From an uncultured Actinomycetes bacterium (lineage in GTDB: Bacteria; Actinomycetota; UBA4738; HRBIN12), in assembly GCA_964655465.1 (NCBI GenBank), contig CAZZND010000005.1, forward strand, positions 1 to 32,755: 32,755 bases of DNA. The letters run 5' to 3'. Position numbers and translations under genes: made by a program. Every line of letters starts with the position of its first letter. The first letter of the stretch is position 1. The notes beneath the pieces are model-generated. The model searched no databases. It saw only the letters and a program-made list of their open reading frames with translations, and was not told the origin of the DNA. Of this stretch, positions 9,028 to 20,038 are shown one piece after another.

Positions 9028-9414
9028 TCAGCCGACGAGCTCGAGGCCGTGGACGATCCGCATCAGCTCGTCGGTGTCGAACGGCTTCGCCACGTACGCC
9101 TCGGCGCCGAGTGCCGTGGCGCGCTCACGGTCGTCGGGCGTCGCCAGGGCCGTCACCATGATCACCCGGGGCCGCTCCTCGGGGAGCAGCTGATGCAGTG
9201 CCTCGAGGACCGACCATCCGTCCATCCGGGGCATCATCACGTCGAGCACCATGATGGCGGGGTGGTGTCGCTCGATCTGCGACATCGCTTCGAGGCCGTC
9301 GTGCGCCGCATAGGTCAGGTACCCGGCGGTGCGGAGGGTGAGCTCGAGGACGGTGACGACCTGCGGCTCGTCGTCGACCACCAACACGCTGATGTGATGA
9401 CCTGAGGCATCCAT
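9028..9414 (-). CDS. Stand-alone response regulator receiver (CheY-like)
   Basis: VLVVDDE, LDVMMPRMDG (phospho-Asp), VIMVTA, YVAKPF. No output domain. Confidence 0.88.
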   Translation of the reverse strand: MDASGHHISVLVVDDEPQVVTVLELTLRTAGYLTYAAHDGLEAMSQIERHHPAIMVLDVMMPRMDGWSVLEALHQLLPEERPRVIMVTALATPDDRERATALGAEAYVAKPFDTDELMRIVHGLELVG

Positions 9415-9592
9415 ACCTTGAGCAACGGCCGACCGATGGCCGAGCTGGATGCGCCCTCCGTCCAGATCGCGCATCGGCCGTCGGACCGACTCCGGCGACC
9501 GCTCCGGGTGATGCGTCCATAGCATCGCGTGATCAGACGGCGCTGTGCGCCGGCCATCCTTCGTCGCGAGCGAAGGGCGGTATCCTGGGCCC

Positions 9593-9775
9593 ATGGGAGA
9601 TGTCCTGATCACCGTGGCGATCTGGAGTGCGCTGGCGATCGGTGCGTGGATGGGCGCTCGGCAGCTCGACCGGGCCTTCCAGCTCCACGGCGACTACCAC
9701 GCGGGACCGAGGCCGTACCCAGATCAAGACCCGCCGCCGCACGCGACGCAGGACGCCGCGCGGACCGCACTCTAG
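9593..9775 (+). CDS. Small single-pass membrane protein (60 aa)
   Basis: Hydrophobic VLITVAIWSALAIGAWMGA then a Pro-rich tail. TATCCT 6 nt before the ATG. Stop overlaps the purM stop in CTAG. Confidence 0.6.
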   Translation: MGDVLITVAIWSALAIGAWMGARQLDRAFQLHGDYHAGPRPYPDQDPPPHATQDAARTAL

Positions 9776-10767
9776 GCGATCTGGAGGCCGGCGCCGGTGA
9801 CCACGGTCCCCACGCGCCGGGCGCCGTCCCCGCCGGCGAGCACCCGGTCGGCGTCCTCGGGCCCCACCACCAGCACCATCCCGAGGCCCATGTTGAACGT
9901 CGAGAACATGTCGTCGTCGCTCGCCCCGCTCTCACGCTGCACGAGCGCGAAGATCGGGTGCTCGGTCCAGGTTCCTCGCTCGATCGCAGCGCCGAGGCCG
10001 GGGGGCAACGCGCGCGGCACGTTCTCGTGGAACCCGCCGCCGGTGATGTGCGCGGCGGCGTGCAGCAGTCCTGAGCGGTGCAGCGCGAGCACCTCGGGTG
10101 TGTGGATGCGGCACGGCTCCAGCAGCTCATCGGCGAGTGACCGCCCGAGCTCGGGCGCTGTTGCGTCCAGGTCGCGTCCACCGAGCAGCGACTTGCGCAC
10201 CAGCGAGTACCCGTTCGCGTGCAGCCCGCTCGACGGCAAACCGATCAGGACGTCACCCTCGCGGACCCGGACGGGGCCGAGCAGCGCGCTCTCGTCCACG
10301 ATCCCCACGCAGAACCCGGCGAGGTCGAACTGGTCATCGGGCATGACCCCGGGATGCTCGGCGGTCTCGCCGCCCAGCAGGGCGCAACCAGCCAAGCGGC
10401 ACCCCTCGGCGACACCTTCGACCAGCGCAGCGACGCGTTCGGGCTCCACGCGACCGACCGCGAGGTAGTCGAGGAAGAGCAGCGGCTCGGCGCCGGTGCA
10501 GACGACGTCGTCGGCGGACATGGCGACGAGGTCGATCCCCACCGTGGAGAGCCGCCCCGTCATCCGCGCGATCTCGAGCTTCGTGCCGACGCCGTCGGTG
10601 GCTGCGGCGAGCAGCTTGCCCTCGCCGATCCGGAACAGTCCGGCGAATCCGCCGACCTCGTCGGCGACCTCGGGCCTGCGGGCGCGCGCGGCGAGGCCGC
10701 CGATCAACGCGACGGCCTTCGCGGCGGCCTCGGCGTCCACGCCCGCGGCGCGGTACGCCCCGCTCAC
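9772..10767 (-). CDS. purM: Phosphoribosylformylglycinamidine cyclo-ligase (AIR synthetase)
   Basis: YRAAGVD, TDGVGTK, GIDLVAM, LFLDY, GGETAEHPG, SSGLHANGYSLVR, HITGGG, FNMG. GTG start overlaps the purF stop. Confidence 0.96.
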   Translation of the reverse strand: MSGAYRAAGVDAEAAAKAVALIGGLAARARRPEVADEVGGFAGLFRIGEGKLLAAATDGVGTKLEIARMTGRLSTVGIDLVAMSADDVVCTGAEPLLFLDYLAVGRVEPERVAALVEGVAEGCRLAGCALLGGETAEHPGVMPDDQFDLAGFCVGIVDESALLGPVRVREGDVLIGLPSSGLHANGYSLVRKSLLGGRDLDATAPELGRSLADELLEPCRIHTPEVLALHRSGLLHAAAHITGGGFHENVPRALPPGLGAAIERGTWTEHPIFALVQRESGASDDDMFSTFNMGLGMVLVVGPEDADRVLAGGDGARRVGTVVTGAGLQIA

Positions 10768-12179
10768 CCGGTCGGCAGCTGGAGCTGGTCCTCCAGCAGG
10801 AACTTGCCGGCACCCTCGGGGACCGGGATCGGGTACTCGCCGTCGAAGCACGCCCGGCAGAACGACTCCTTCGCCCCGCCGGCCGCTTCGACCATGCCTT
10901 CGAGCGAGAGGTAGCCGAGCGAGTCGGCGCCGACGTAGTCGCGGATCTGCTCGACGGTCAGATCGGCCGCGATGAGCTCCTGACGCGTCGGGAAGTCGAT
11001 CCCGTAGAAGCACGGCCACCGCACCGGAGGACACGTGATCCGGATATGCACCTCGGTGGCGCCCGCCTCGCGGAGCGCCGCGACGACCTGCTTGGTCGTC
11101 GTACCGCGCACGATCGAGTCGTCGACGACAACCAGACGCTTCCCGTGGATCGACTCGGGCAGCGGGTTCAGCTTGAGCTTGACGCCGCGGTCGCGGAGCG
11201 ACTGCGACGGCTGGATGAACGTCCGGCCGACGTAGTTGTTCTTGTAGAGCCCGTCGCCGTAGGGGATACCGGTGACCTCCGAGAACCCCTGCGCGGCGGA
11301 GGTCCCGGTCGTCGGCACCGCGATCACCATGTCGGCTTCGGCAGGCGCCTCGCGCGCGAGGATCCGCCCCATCTCTCGACGCGCCTCATGTACGGTGCGC
11401 TCGCGCATCCGCGAGTCGGGCCGGGCCAGGTAGACGAACTCGAACACGCAGAGCGAGCGCTTCGGGCTCTCGGCGAACCGCGCGCTGTGCAGCCCGCGGT
11501 CGTCGAGCCGGACCAGCTCGCCGGGCTCGACGTCACGCAGGAACGCCGCGCCGACGATGTCGAGCGCGCAGGTCTCCGAGGCGATGACGAACCCGTTGGG
11601 CAGCCGGCCGATCGAGAGCGGGCGGACGCCGTGCGGGTCACGCGCCGCGAACACCGAGCGCTCGTCCATGAACACGAAGCAGAACGCCCCGCGAAGCGTC
11701 GGCAGGACGCGCATCGCGGCCTCCTCGAGGCCGCCCGCCGCCGGGGACTCGTTCGCGAGCATCGTCGTGACGAGGTCGGAATCGGTCGTCGCGGCGCCGA
11801 GGGTGCCAACCGTCTCGGCGATCTCGGCGGTGTTCACCAGGTTGCCGTTGTGACCGAGCGCGACCGAGTGCGCGCCGTCGGTCTTGAACACCGGCTGCGC
11901 GTTGTCCCACGTGGTGGACCCCGTGGTCGAATAGCGGGTGTGGCCGATCGCGAGGTCGCCGTGCAGCATGGTCAGCGCTGCCTCGTTGAACACCTGGCTG
12001 ACCAGCCCGAGATCCTTGAAGACGAGGATGTTGGTGCGGTCGCTGACCGCGATCCCGGCCGACTCCTGGCCGCGGTGCTGCTGGGCGAAGAGACCGAAGT
12101 AGGTGAGCCGGGCGACGTCGTCGCCGGGCGCCCATACGCCGAAGAGACCGCACTCCTCCTTGGGTGATTCGGCGCCCAT
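10764..12179 (-). CDS. purF: Amidophosphoribosyltransferase
   Basis: Propeptide plus EECGLFG, QHRGQESAG, GHTRYST, HNGN, VVDDSIVRGTT, and Fe-S cysteines (CFYGID, FCRACFDG). Confidence 0.97.
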   Translation of the reverse strand: MGAESPKEECGLFGVWAPGDDVARLTYFGLFAQQHRGQESAGIAVSDRTNILVFKDLGLVSQVFNEAALTMLHGDLAIGHTRYSTTGSTTWDNAQPVFKTDGAHSVALGHNGNLVNTAEIAETVGTLGAATTDSDLVTTMLANESPAAGGLEEAAMRVLPTLRGAFCFVFMDERSVFAARDPHGVRPLSIGRLPNGFVIASETCALDIVGAAFLRDVEPGELVRLDDRGLHSARFAESPKRSLCVFEFVYLARPDSRMRERTVHEARREMGRILAREAPAEADMVIAVPTTGTSAAQGFSEVTGIPYGDGLYKNNYVGRTFIQPSQSLRDRGVKLKLNPLPESIHGKRLVVVDDSIVRGTTTKQVVAALREAGATEVHIRITCPPVRWPCFYGIDFPTRQELIAADLTVEQIRDYVGADSLGYLSLEGMVEAAGGAKESFCRACFDGEYPIPVPEGAGKFLLEDQLQLPTG

Positions 12180-12228
12180 CGAGGGGCTCAGTGTACCGGC
12201 CTCCCGAGGGTCTCCATGGTGACGAGGC

Positions 12229-12849
12229 TCAGACGAGCACGGGCGGCAGCGAGCCCTCGAGACGAAGCAGCGCCTCCTTGCGGTGAAGCCCGCCCGAGTA
12301 CCCGGTGAGCCGCCCCCCTGCGCCCACGACCCGGTGGCACGGCACCACGATCGGGATGGGGTTGGAGCCGAGCGCCGCGCCCACCGCGCGCGCGGCCTTG
12401 GGCTTCCCGATCCGCTTCGCGACCTCGCCGTAGGTGGCGACCTCGCCGTAGCCGACCTTCGCCGTGGCCGCGAGCACGTCGCGAGCGAACGGATGCATCA
12501 GCCGGCGGTCGAGCGTGAGGTCGAACACGGTCCGCGATCCCGCGAAGTACTCGTCGATCTCGCGACGGACCTCGTCGGTCCCCTTCGCCGAGCGCAGGAT
12601 CCGGGGCGAGAGCTGCCTCGCGTACCGCGCGATGAGCTCGTCGCGGTCTTCGTCCTCGAACGCCACGTAGACGAGCCCCCGGGGGGTCACCGCGACCGTC
12701 AGCTCGCCGACGGGCGACTCGAACGCGCCGAGCGCGACATCGACGAGCCCATCGGCGGCGGCGGCCTCACGGACCCGCATCGCGGCCTCCCCCGCCAGTC
12801 GCTCGGCCTCGGCGCGCGACGCCAGTCTCTTCAGATCGCTCCCGCTCAT
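12229..12849 (-). CDS. ogt: Methylated-DNA--protein-cysteine methyltransferase
   Basis: TYGEVA, ARAVGAA, NPIPIVVPCHRV active site, GYSGG. ATG overlaps the sigma factor stop. Confidence 0.93.
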   Translation of the reverse strand: MSGSDLKRLASRAEAERLAGEAAMRVREAAAADGLVDVALGAFESPVGELTVAVTPRGLVYVAFEDEDRDELIARYARQLSPRILRSAKGTDEVRREIDEYFAGSRTVFDLTLDRRLMHPFARDVLAATAKVGYGEVATYGEVAKRIGKPKAARAVGAALGSNPIPIVVPCHRVVGAGGRLTGYSGGLHRKEALLRLEGSLPPVLV

Positions 12850-13316
12850 GCCACCCGCTCCCGCAGCTTCTTCATGCCCGCGTGCACGTTCGCACGCGCG
12901 GCCTCCTCGGAACACCCGAGCACCGCCGCGATCTCGTCGTAGGGCCGGTCGAGCACGTGGCGATGGACCACCGCCACGCGCTGTTTCGGCGGCAACCCTG
13001 CGACGGCCGCCCAGAGCTCGTCGTCGGGGGGCTCGTTGGGCGCCACGGCCCGCTCGGGCAGGTCGGCGGTGGGCGTCGCGGCGCGCGCAGACCGACGATG
13101 GTGATCGATCGCCTTGCGCGACGCGATCTTCAGCACCCACCGGTCCAGATGTCGCGGATCGTCGCACCGCGGGTAGGCCCGGAGCGCCGACAGGTAGGTC
13201 TCCTGGAACACATCGTCGGCGTGCTGCGGCCCCGCCGCGACGAGCAGGAAGCGCATCACCATCGGCCCGGTCTCCTCGAGGACGTCGTCGAACGGCGGCA
13301 AGACGGCTCGGCTCAC
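12846..13316 (-). CDS. ECF-type sigma-70 factor
   Basis: Region 2 ADDVFQETYLSALRAY...WVLKIASRKAID; region 4 LPPKQRVAV...YDEIAAVLGCSEEAARANV. Confidence 0.9.
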   Translation of the reverse strand: MSRAVLPPFDDVLEETGPMVMRFLLVAAGPQHADDVFQETYLSALRAYPRCDDPRHLDRWVLKIASRKAIDHHRRSARAATPTADLPERAVAPNEPPDDELWAAVAGLPPKQRVAVVHRHVLDRPYDEIAAVLGCSEEAARANVHAGMKKLRERVA

Positions 13317-13399
13317 ACGACCCACCACGTTCCATGAGTCTGCCTCCTTCCGCTCGTCACGTGGGAACAACGCGCCGAGGAGGCCCCGCGTGAGACGGC

Positions 13400-14140
13400 T
13401 CAGACGATCCCGAGTGCGGCGGGCAGGTCGGCGTGGTCGTCGAGCACGTGATCGGCCAGTTCGCCCGGCTCCTGCTCGGGGAGCCACGACGCCAGGTGAC
13501 GGAGCCCTGTGTACTGCACCGCGACCATCCCGAGCGCCTTCGCCCCCGTGACGTCGGTCCGCTCGTTGTCCCCGACGTGGGCGGCCTCGTGCGGAGCCAC
13601 CCCGAGACCCTCGAGCGCGGGCATGAACGCCTCAGCCGCGGGCTTGAACCAACCGGTCTCGTCGCTGAAGGCCCACGCGTCGAAGTATCCGAGCAGCCCG
13701 AACCCCGCGAGGCGGTGACGGAGCGTCGGCGCGGCCGTCAGCCCCACGTCGCAGACGATCCCGATCCGGAGACCCGCCGCGCGAAGCGTGCGGAGGCAAT
13801 GCTCGAGATGAGGCGCCGGCGTCAGTTCCGCGAGCTCCCCCACCACGCGGAACCCATCGATGAGCGTGTCCCGCAGGCCGTCGTCGAACCGCAGCCCGAG
13901 CCGCTCCCCGACGAAGTCGACCGTCTTCGGGGCGCCCCACTGGCCGCCGAGGGTGCGCCAGCGTTCCTCGAAGACATCCCAGTTCTCGCCGAACGCGGCC
14001 TCCAGGCCCTCGCGGGCCCGGGGTTGCCCCGCCTCCGTCAGCGTCGCGACCCATCGGTCGATCTGCAGCTCGCGCATGTGGCCGCGCCGCTCGGCCACGA
14101 GCGTCTGCCAGTAGTCGAACGTGACGGCGCGGATCGGCAT
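13400..14140 (-). CDS. HAD-superfamily hydrolase
   Basis: Motif I-like TFDYWQTL, FSDETGWFKP, HVGDNERTDVTGA. Confidence 0.88.
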   Translation of the reverse strand: MPIRAVTFDYWQTLVAERRGHMRELQIDRWVATLTEAGQPRAREGLEAAFGENWDVFEERWRTLGGQWGAPKTVDFVGERLGLRFDDGLRDTLIDGFRVVGELAELTPAPHLEHCLRTLRAAGLRIGIVCDVGLTAAPTLRHRLAGFGLLGYFDAWAFSDETGWFKPAAEAFMPALEGLGVAPHEAAHVGDNERTDVTGAKALGMVAVQYTGLRHLASWLPEQEPGELADHVLDDHADLPAALGIV

Positions 14141-14148
14141 GGGGCGGA

Positions 14149-16350
14149 TCAGACCGCCTCGCCGAGCAGCCGCGGGATCGCGTTCGACCACGCGTCGGCG
14201 AGCGCCTCGACCGGGAGGTCGACGAGCCCGTCGATCATCGCGCGCGGGCCGCCGGTCTCACCCAGGCGCACGCACGGCACCCCGTGCGCGGCCGCGAGCG
14301 CCACGAAGCGCTCCTCGTCCGCGGACTCGACCGACACGACGACCCGCGACGCGGACTCGCTGAACAGGGCGACGTGCGCGGGCAGATCGCCCGGTATGTG
14401 CACCGCGAACCCGTGCCCGGCGCCGATCGCGCACTCGGCGAGCGCGACCGCGACCCCCCCGTCACCGCAGTCGTGCGCGCTCGCGAGCACCGTCTCGCCT
14501 GCGGCCTCGACCAGCAGGTCGATCAACGCCGACTCCCGCGCCAGGTCGAGCGCGGGCGGCCGGCCACCGCCCGCCTCGAGCACCGTCTCGGCGAACTCCG
14601 ACCCGCCGAGCTCCGCGAACGTCTCCCCCAGCAGGTAGACCGAGAGGCCGCCCCGCGGGAACGCGCTCGGCACCCGGAGGCGGTAGTCGGGCAGCAGGCC
14701 GAGCATGCCGATCACGGGGGTCGGGTCGACCGCGCTGTCGCCGGACTCGTTGTAGAAGCTCACGTTGCCGCCGGTCACGGGCGTGCCGAGCGCCGTGCAC
14801 GCGTCGCGCATGCCCCGGATCGACTCGGTGAACTGCCCCATGACCTCGGGCCGCTCGGGGTTGCCGAAGTTCAGGCAGTTCGTGATCGCGAGCGGCCGGG
14901 CGCCGCTGGCTGCCACGTTGCGTGCCGCCTCGGCGACCGCGTGCATCGCACCGAGGTAGGGGTCGAGCCGCCCGTAGCGGCCCTTCCCGTCGGCCGCGAG
15001 CGCCAAGCCCTTCAAGGTCCCGTCGACGCGGATCACCGCGGCGTCGGAGCCGGGTCCGTCCACGGTGTTGCTCTGCACCCGCTGGTCGTACTGCTCGAAC
15101 GCCCACCGCTTGCTCGCGACGTTGGGCGCGGCGAGCACCTGCAGCAGCGCCTTCGACAGATCGCCGTCGAACGGGAGGAAGGTCGGATCGTCCCCGGCGG
15201 GTGGTGCCGGCGCGGTCGCCGGACGGTCGTACTCGGGCCCGTCGTCGGCGAGCGACCGCGCCGGCACCCGCGCGACCACCTCGCCCCCGAGCGAGATCTC
15301 GAGCTCGCCGCCCTCGGTCAGCTCTGCGATCACCGCGGTCCGCAGTCCCCACTTCGCGCAGACGGCCTCGACATCGGTCAGCTTCGAGGGGTGCACGATC
15401 GCGAGCATCCGTTCCTGCGATTCGCTCGTCAGGATCTCGAAGGCCTCCATGCCGGGCTCGCGGAGCGGGACGGCGTCGAGGTTCACCTTCGCGCCCATGC
15501 CGGCCCGTGCGGCCGACTCGCTCACCGCACAGGTGATCCCGGCGCCGCCGAGGTCCTGGAGCCCCTCGAGCAGCCCCGCCGCGATCAGCTCGAGCGAGGC
15601 CTCGATCAGCAGCTTCTCGGCGAACGGGTCGCCGATCTGCACGCTCGGCCGCGACGCCTCGGCACCCTCGTCGAGCGTGGCGCTCGCGAGCACGCTGACG
15701 CCCCCGATCCCGTCGCGTCCGGTCGCCGCGCCGTAGAGCACCATCAGCGAGCCGACCTGCGGGGTGAGCGACGTCGCGGTGACCAGCTCGTCGGCCTTCG
15801 CCACGCCGACGCACATCACGTTGATGCACGGATTGGTCGTGTGGGCGTCGGCGAACCGGATCTCGCCGCCGACGGTGGGCACCCCGATGCAGTTGCCGTA
15901 GCCGCCGATGCCCGCGATCACGCCCTCGAAGAGCCACCGGTTCCGCTCCTCGGTGAGGGGACCGAACATCAGTGGGTCGAGCAAGGCGACCGGCCGCGCA
16001 CCCATCGAGATGATGTCGCGGACGATGCCGCCGACTCCGGTCGCGGCGCCCTGGTAGGGCTCGATCGCGCTCGGGTGCGAGTGCGACTCCATCTTGAAGA
16101 CCACCGCGATGCCGTCGCCCACGTCGACCGCGCCGGCGTCCTGCCCGGGACCGACGAGCACGGCCGGCCCCTCGGTCGGGAGCGTCTTCAGGTGGATCTT
16201 CGAGGACTTGTACGAGCAGTGCTCGGACCACATCACGCTGTACATGGCGAGCTCGGCACGGTTGGGCTCGCGGCCGAGCGTGGCGATGATGCGGTCGTAC
16301 TCGTCGTCCTTGAGCCCGAGCGAGCGGTGCAGCGGCGTGGGGTTGGTCAC
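14149..16350 (-). CDS. purL: FGAM synthase subunit PurL
   Basis: MWSEHCSYKSS, ESHSHPS, GAATGVGGIVRD, QDLGGAG, SESQERM, NCLNFGNP, GGNVSFYN. Confidence 0.97.
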   Translation of the reverse strand: MTNPTPLHRSLGLKDDEYDRIIATLGREPNRAELAMYSVMWSEHCSYKSSKIHLKTLPTEGPAVLVGPGQDAGAVDVGDGIAVVFKMESHSHPSAIEPYQGAATGVGGIVRDIISMGARPVALLDPLMFGPLTEERNRWLFEGVIAGIGGYGNCIGVPTVGGEIRFADAHTTNPCINVMCVGVAKADELVTATSLTPQVGSLMVLYGAATGRDGIGGVSVLASATLDEGAEASRPSVQIGDPFAEKLLIEASLELIAAGLLEGLQDLGGAGITCAVSESAARAGMGAKVNLDAVPLREPGMEAFEILTSESQERMLAIVHPSKLTDVEAVCAKWGLRTAVIAELTEGGELEISLGGEVVARVPARSLADDGPEYDRPATAPAPPAGDDPTFLPFDGDLSKALLQVLAAPNVASKRWAFEQYDQRVQSNTVDGPGSDAAVIRVDGTLKGLALAADGKGRYGRLDPYLGAMHAVAEAARNVAASGARPLAITNCLNFGNPERPEVMGQFTESIRGMRDACTALGTPVTGGNVSFYNESGDSAVDPTPVIGMLGLLPDYRLRVPSAFPRGGLSVYLLGETFAELGGSEFAETVLEAGGGRPPALDLARESALIDLLVEAAGETVLASAHDCGDGGVAVALAECAIGAGHGFAVHIPGDLPAHVALFSESASRVVVSVESADEERFVALAAAHGVPCVRLGETGGPRAMIDGLVDLPVEALADAWSNAIPRLLGEAV

Positions 16351-17063
16351 GCGCGGGCGTCCTCCAGCGCCGCCTCGAGCAGCGACGCGAACAGCGCCTG
16401 GCCACCGGTCGGGCCCACGTCGGGGTCGACGGCGTGCTCGGGGTGCGGCATCAAGCCGACGACGTTGCCGGCGTCGTTGCGGACGCCCGCGATGTTGTTG
16501 GTGGCACCGTTCGGGTTGGTCGAGGCGTCGACGACACCCTCGGCCGAGGCGTAGCGGAACGCGACCAGCCCGTCGCCTTCCACGCGGGCGAGCTGCTCGT
16601 CGGTCGCCACCCACTGGCCCTCGCCGTGCTTCATCACGATCTCGACGACCTCGCCCGGCGTCAACCCGCGCGTCACCGTGCTCTGCGCGGTCTCGACCCG
16701 CAGCATCACGTCGCGGCAGATGAACCGCAGCGACCGGTTCCGGATCAGGGCACCCGCCAGCAGCCCTGCCTCGCAGAGAATCTGGAACCCGTTACAGATG
16801 CCGAGGACCGGTCCACCTCGCGCGGCGAACGTCACGACCTCGTCCATGATCGGTGCACGCGCGGCGATCGCGCCGGCCCGGAGGTAGTCGCCGTAGGAGA
16901 ACCCGCCGGGCAAGATCACGGCGTCAACGCCGCGCAGATCGTGCTCGGCGTGCCAGAGCGCGACGGGCTCGCCGCCCATCAACGCGACCGCGCGCCGTGC
17001 GTCTCGGTCGTCGAGCGAGCCCGGGAACGTCACCACGCCTACCCGGGGCGCGCGGTCGCTCAC
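16347..17063 (-). CDS. purQ: FGAM synthase glutaminase subunit
   Basis: FPGS, PGGFSYGDYLR, GICNGFQ, MPHPE. Confidence 0.97.
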   Translation of the reverse strand: MSDRAPRVGVVTFPGSLDDRDARRAVALMGGEPVALWHAEHDLRGVDAVILPGGFSYGDYLRAGAIAARAPIMDEVVTFAARGGPVLGICNGFQILCEAGLLAGALIRNRSLRFICRDVMLRVETAQSTVTRGLTPGEVVEIVMKHGEGQWVATDEQLARVEGDGLVAFRYASAEGVVDASTNPNGATNNIAGVRNDAGNVVGLMPHPEHAVDPDVGPTGGQALFASLLEAALEDARA

Positions 17064-17317
17064 TTCGCGGCCACCTCCAGCACCTGGACGTCCTCGATCA
17101 CCGAGTTGGAGAGCAGCCGCGCTGCCATGTCATCGACCTGGGCGCGCGCCGTGTCCTCGTCGGCGGCCTCGACATCGAGCTTGATGTGCTTGCCGACCTT
17201 CACGTTGGTCACGTTGGTCCAGCCGAGCGCCGGCAGCGAGGACTCGACCGCCTTGCCGGCCGGATCGGATAGGCCGGCCTTCAGCGAGACCAGCACCTCG
17301 AACGTGTACGTCGTCAT
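17060..17317 (-). CDS. purS: FGAM synthase subunit PurS
   Basis: DPAGKAV, VKVGK, LLSNSVIE; 85 aa, between purC and purQ. Confidence 0.94.
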   Translation of the reverse strand: MTTYTFEVLVSLKAGLSDPAGKAVESSLPALGWTNVTNVKVGKHIKLDVEAADEDTARAQVDDMAARLLSNSVIEDVQVLEVAAK

Positions 17318-18237
17318 GTCGTTGCTCCCATGCGTCGGAGGTAGTCGTCGAACGGCTCGCCGCTCAGTCGTTCATAGGCCTCGCGATAGCGTGCGGCCGT
17401 CGCCTCGACGACGTCGGCCGGTAGCCCGGGGGGCGGCGGCTCGTGGTTCCAGCCGCTCGCGTCGAGCCAGTCGCGGACGAACTGCTTATCGAAGCTCGGC
17501 TGCGCGTGGCCGGGCTCGTAGACGTCGGCCGGCCAGAACCGTGACGAGTCAGGTGTGCCGACCTCGTCGATCAAAGTGAGGTCGCCGCTCGCCTCATCGA
17601 AGCCGAGCTCGAACTTCGTGTCTGCGACGATGATCCCGCGCTCGAGCGCCGCGGCCGCGATCCGCTCGTAGACCGCGATCGCGACCTCCTTCAGGCGCTC
17701 GTAGAGGCCGAAACCGACGAGATCGCGGGCTTCGCCAGGGGTGAGGGGCAGGTCGTGGCCCTCAACGGCTTTGGTCGTCGGGGTGAAGATCGGCTCGGTG
17801 AGGCGCGCGGACTCGGTCAGTCCTTCCGGCAGGGCGATCCCGCAGACCGCGCTCGACGCCTGGTACTGCCCCCAGCCGCTGCCCGCCAGGTATCCGCGGA
17901 CCACGCACTCCATCGGGATCACGCGGGCGGTCCGGACGTGCATCGCCCGCCCGGCCACGTCCGGGTCGGCGTCGAACGGCGCCGGGAACGCGGCCCGGTC
18001 GGCGCTCACCAGGTGGTTCGGCACGAGGTCGGCGACCTGCCCGTACCAATGAAGCGAGCAGGCGGTCAGGACGCGGCCCTTGTCGGGGATCGGGGTCGGC
18101 AAGATCACGTCGAAGGCGCTGATCCGGTCGGTAGCGACGAGCAACAGGTACCCATCACCGGCCTCGAAGACGTCGCGGACCTTGCCCTGGGCGACTGGGA
18201 CCGCCACCCCGCTCCCCTGGCCATCGGTCGTCCCCAC
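17314..18237 (-). CDS. purC: SAICAR synthetase
   Basis: GKVRD, TDRISAFD, ECVVRGYLAGSG, ADTKFELG, DEVGTPDSSRFW, SFDKQFVRD. Confidence 0.97.
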   Translation of the reverse strand: MGTTDGQGSGVAVPVAQGKVRDVFEAGDGYLLLVATDRISAFDVILPTPIPDKGRVLTACSLHWYGQVADLVPNHLVSADRAAFPAPFDADPDVAGRAMHVRTARVIPMECVVRGYLAGSGWGQYQASSAVCGIALPEGLTESARLTEPIFTPTTKAVEGHDLPLTPGEARDLVGFGLYERLKEVAIAVYERIAAAALERGIIVADTKFELGFDEASGDLTLIDEVGTPDSSRFWPADVYEPGHAQPSFDKQFVRDWLDASGWNHEPPPPGLPADVVEATAARYREAYERLSGEPFDDYLRRMGATT

Positions 18238-18266
18238 GGCCTCAGTCTACGGAACGCGGTTGCGCC

Positions 18267-19561
<1,295 letters not shown>

Positions 19562-19565
<4 letters not shown>

Positions 19566-20038
19566 AACCGGAGCCCCTCCGCCAGGTCGTCCTTGAACTT
19601 CCATAGGGCCGCCTGGAGATCCTCGTCGGCGACGCCGAGGATCTGGCACGCGAGGAGCGCCGCGTTCACGCTCGCGTCGACGCCGACCGTGGCGATCGGC
19701 ACGCCGGTCGGCATCTGCGCCGTGATCGCGAGGGCCTCGTTGCCGACCATCTGCGGCGCCGAGGAGATGGGCACCCCGATCACGGGCAGCACCGTGCGTG
19801 CCGCCACGGCCGCAGCCAGGTGCCCGGACAGCCCCGTCGAGCAGATCACGACCTTGAGGCCGCGTTCGAACGCGGTGCGCGCGTATTCGTCGGCGAGGTC
19901 GGGGTTGCGCGAGGACGACATGATCCTGACCTCGTGCGGCACCTCGAACTTCTCGAGGATCAGCCCGGCCTGACGCATGATCGGCAGCTCGGCCGGCGAG
20001 GCCGCCAGCACGCCGACCAGCGGCGTCGGGTCGCTCAT
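19562..20038 (-). CDS. purE: PurE-family protein with a degenerate active site
   Basis: PurE-like sequence (HLAAAVAA.T.LPVIGVP, QMPTGVPIATVG, NAALLA.QILG) coupled to purD and purB. Canonical MGSxSD is replaced by AASPAE and SAHR by SSSR. Confidence 0.8.

Noticed and set aside
9558-9576. Short inverted repeat CCTTCG-N7-CGAAGG
   Set aside because: A 6-bp stem is too weak to call a terminator or operator without conservation data.
14284-16554. 756-aa plus-strand ORF and the 647-aa alternative minus frame
   Set aside because: Both overlap purL completely; stop-codon scarcity in GC-rich sequence explains them.
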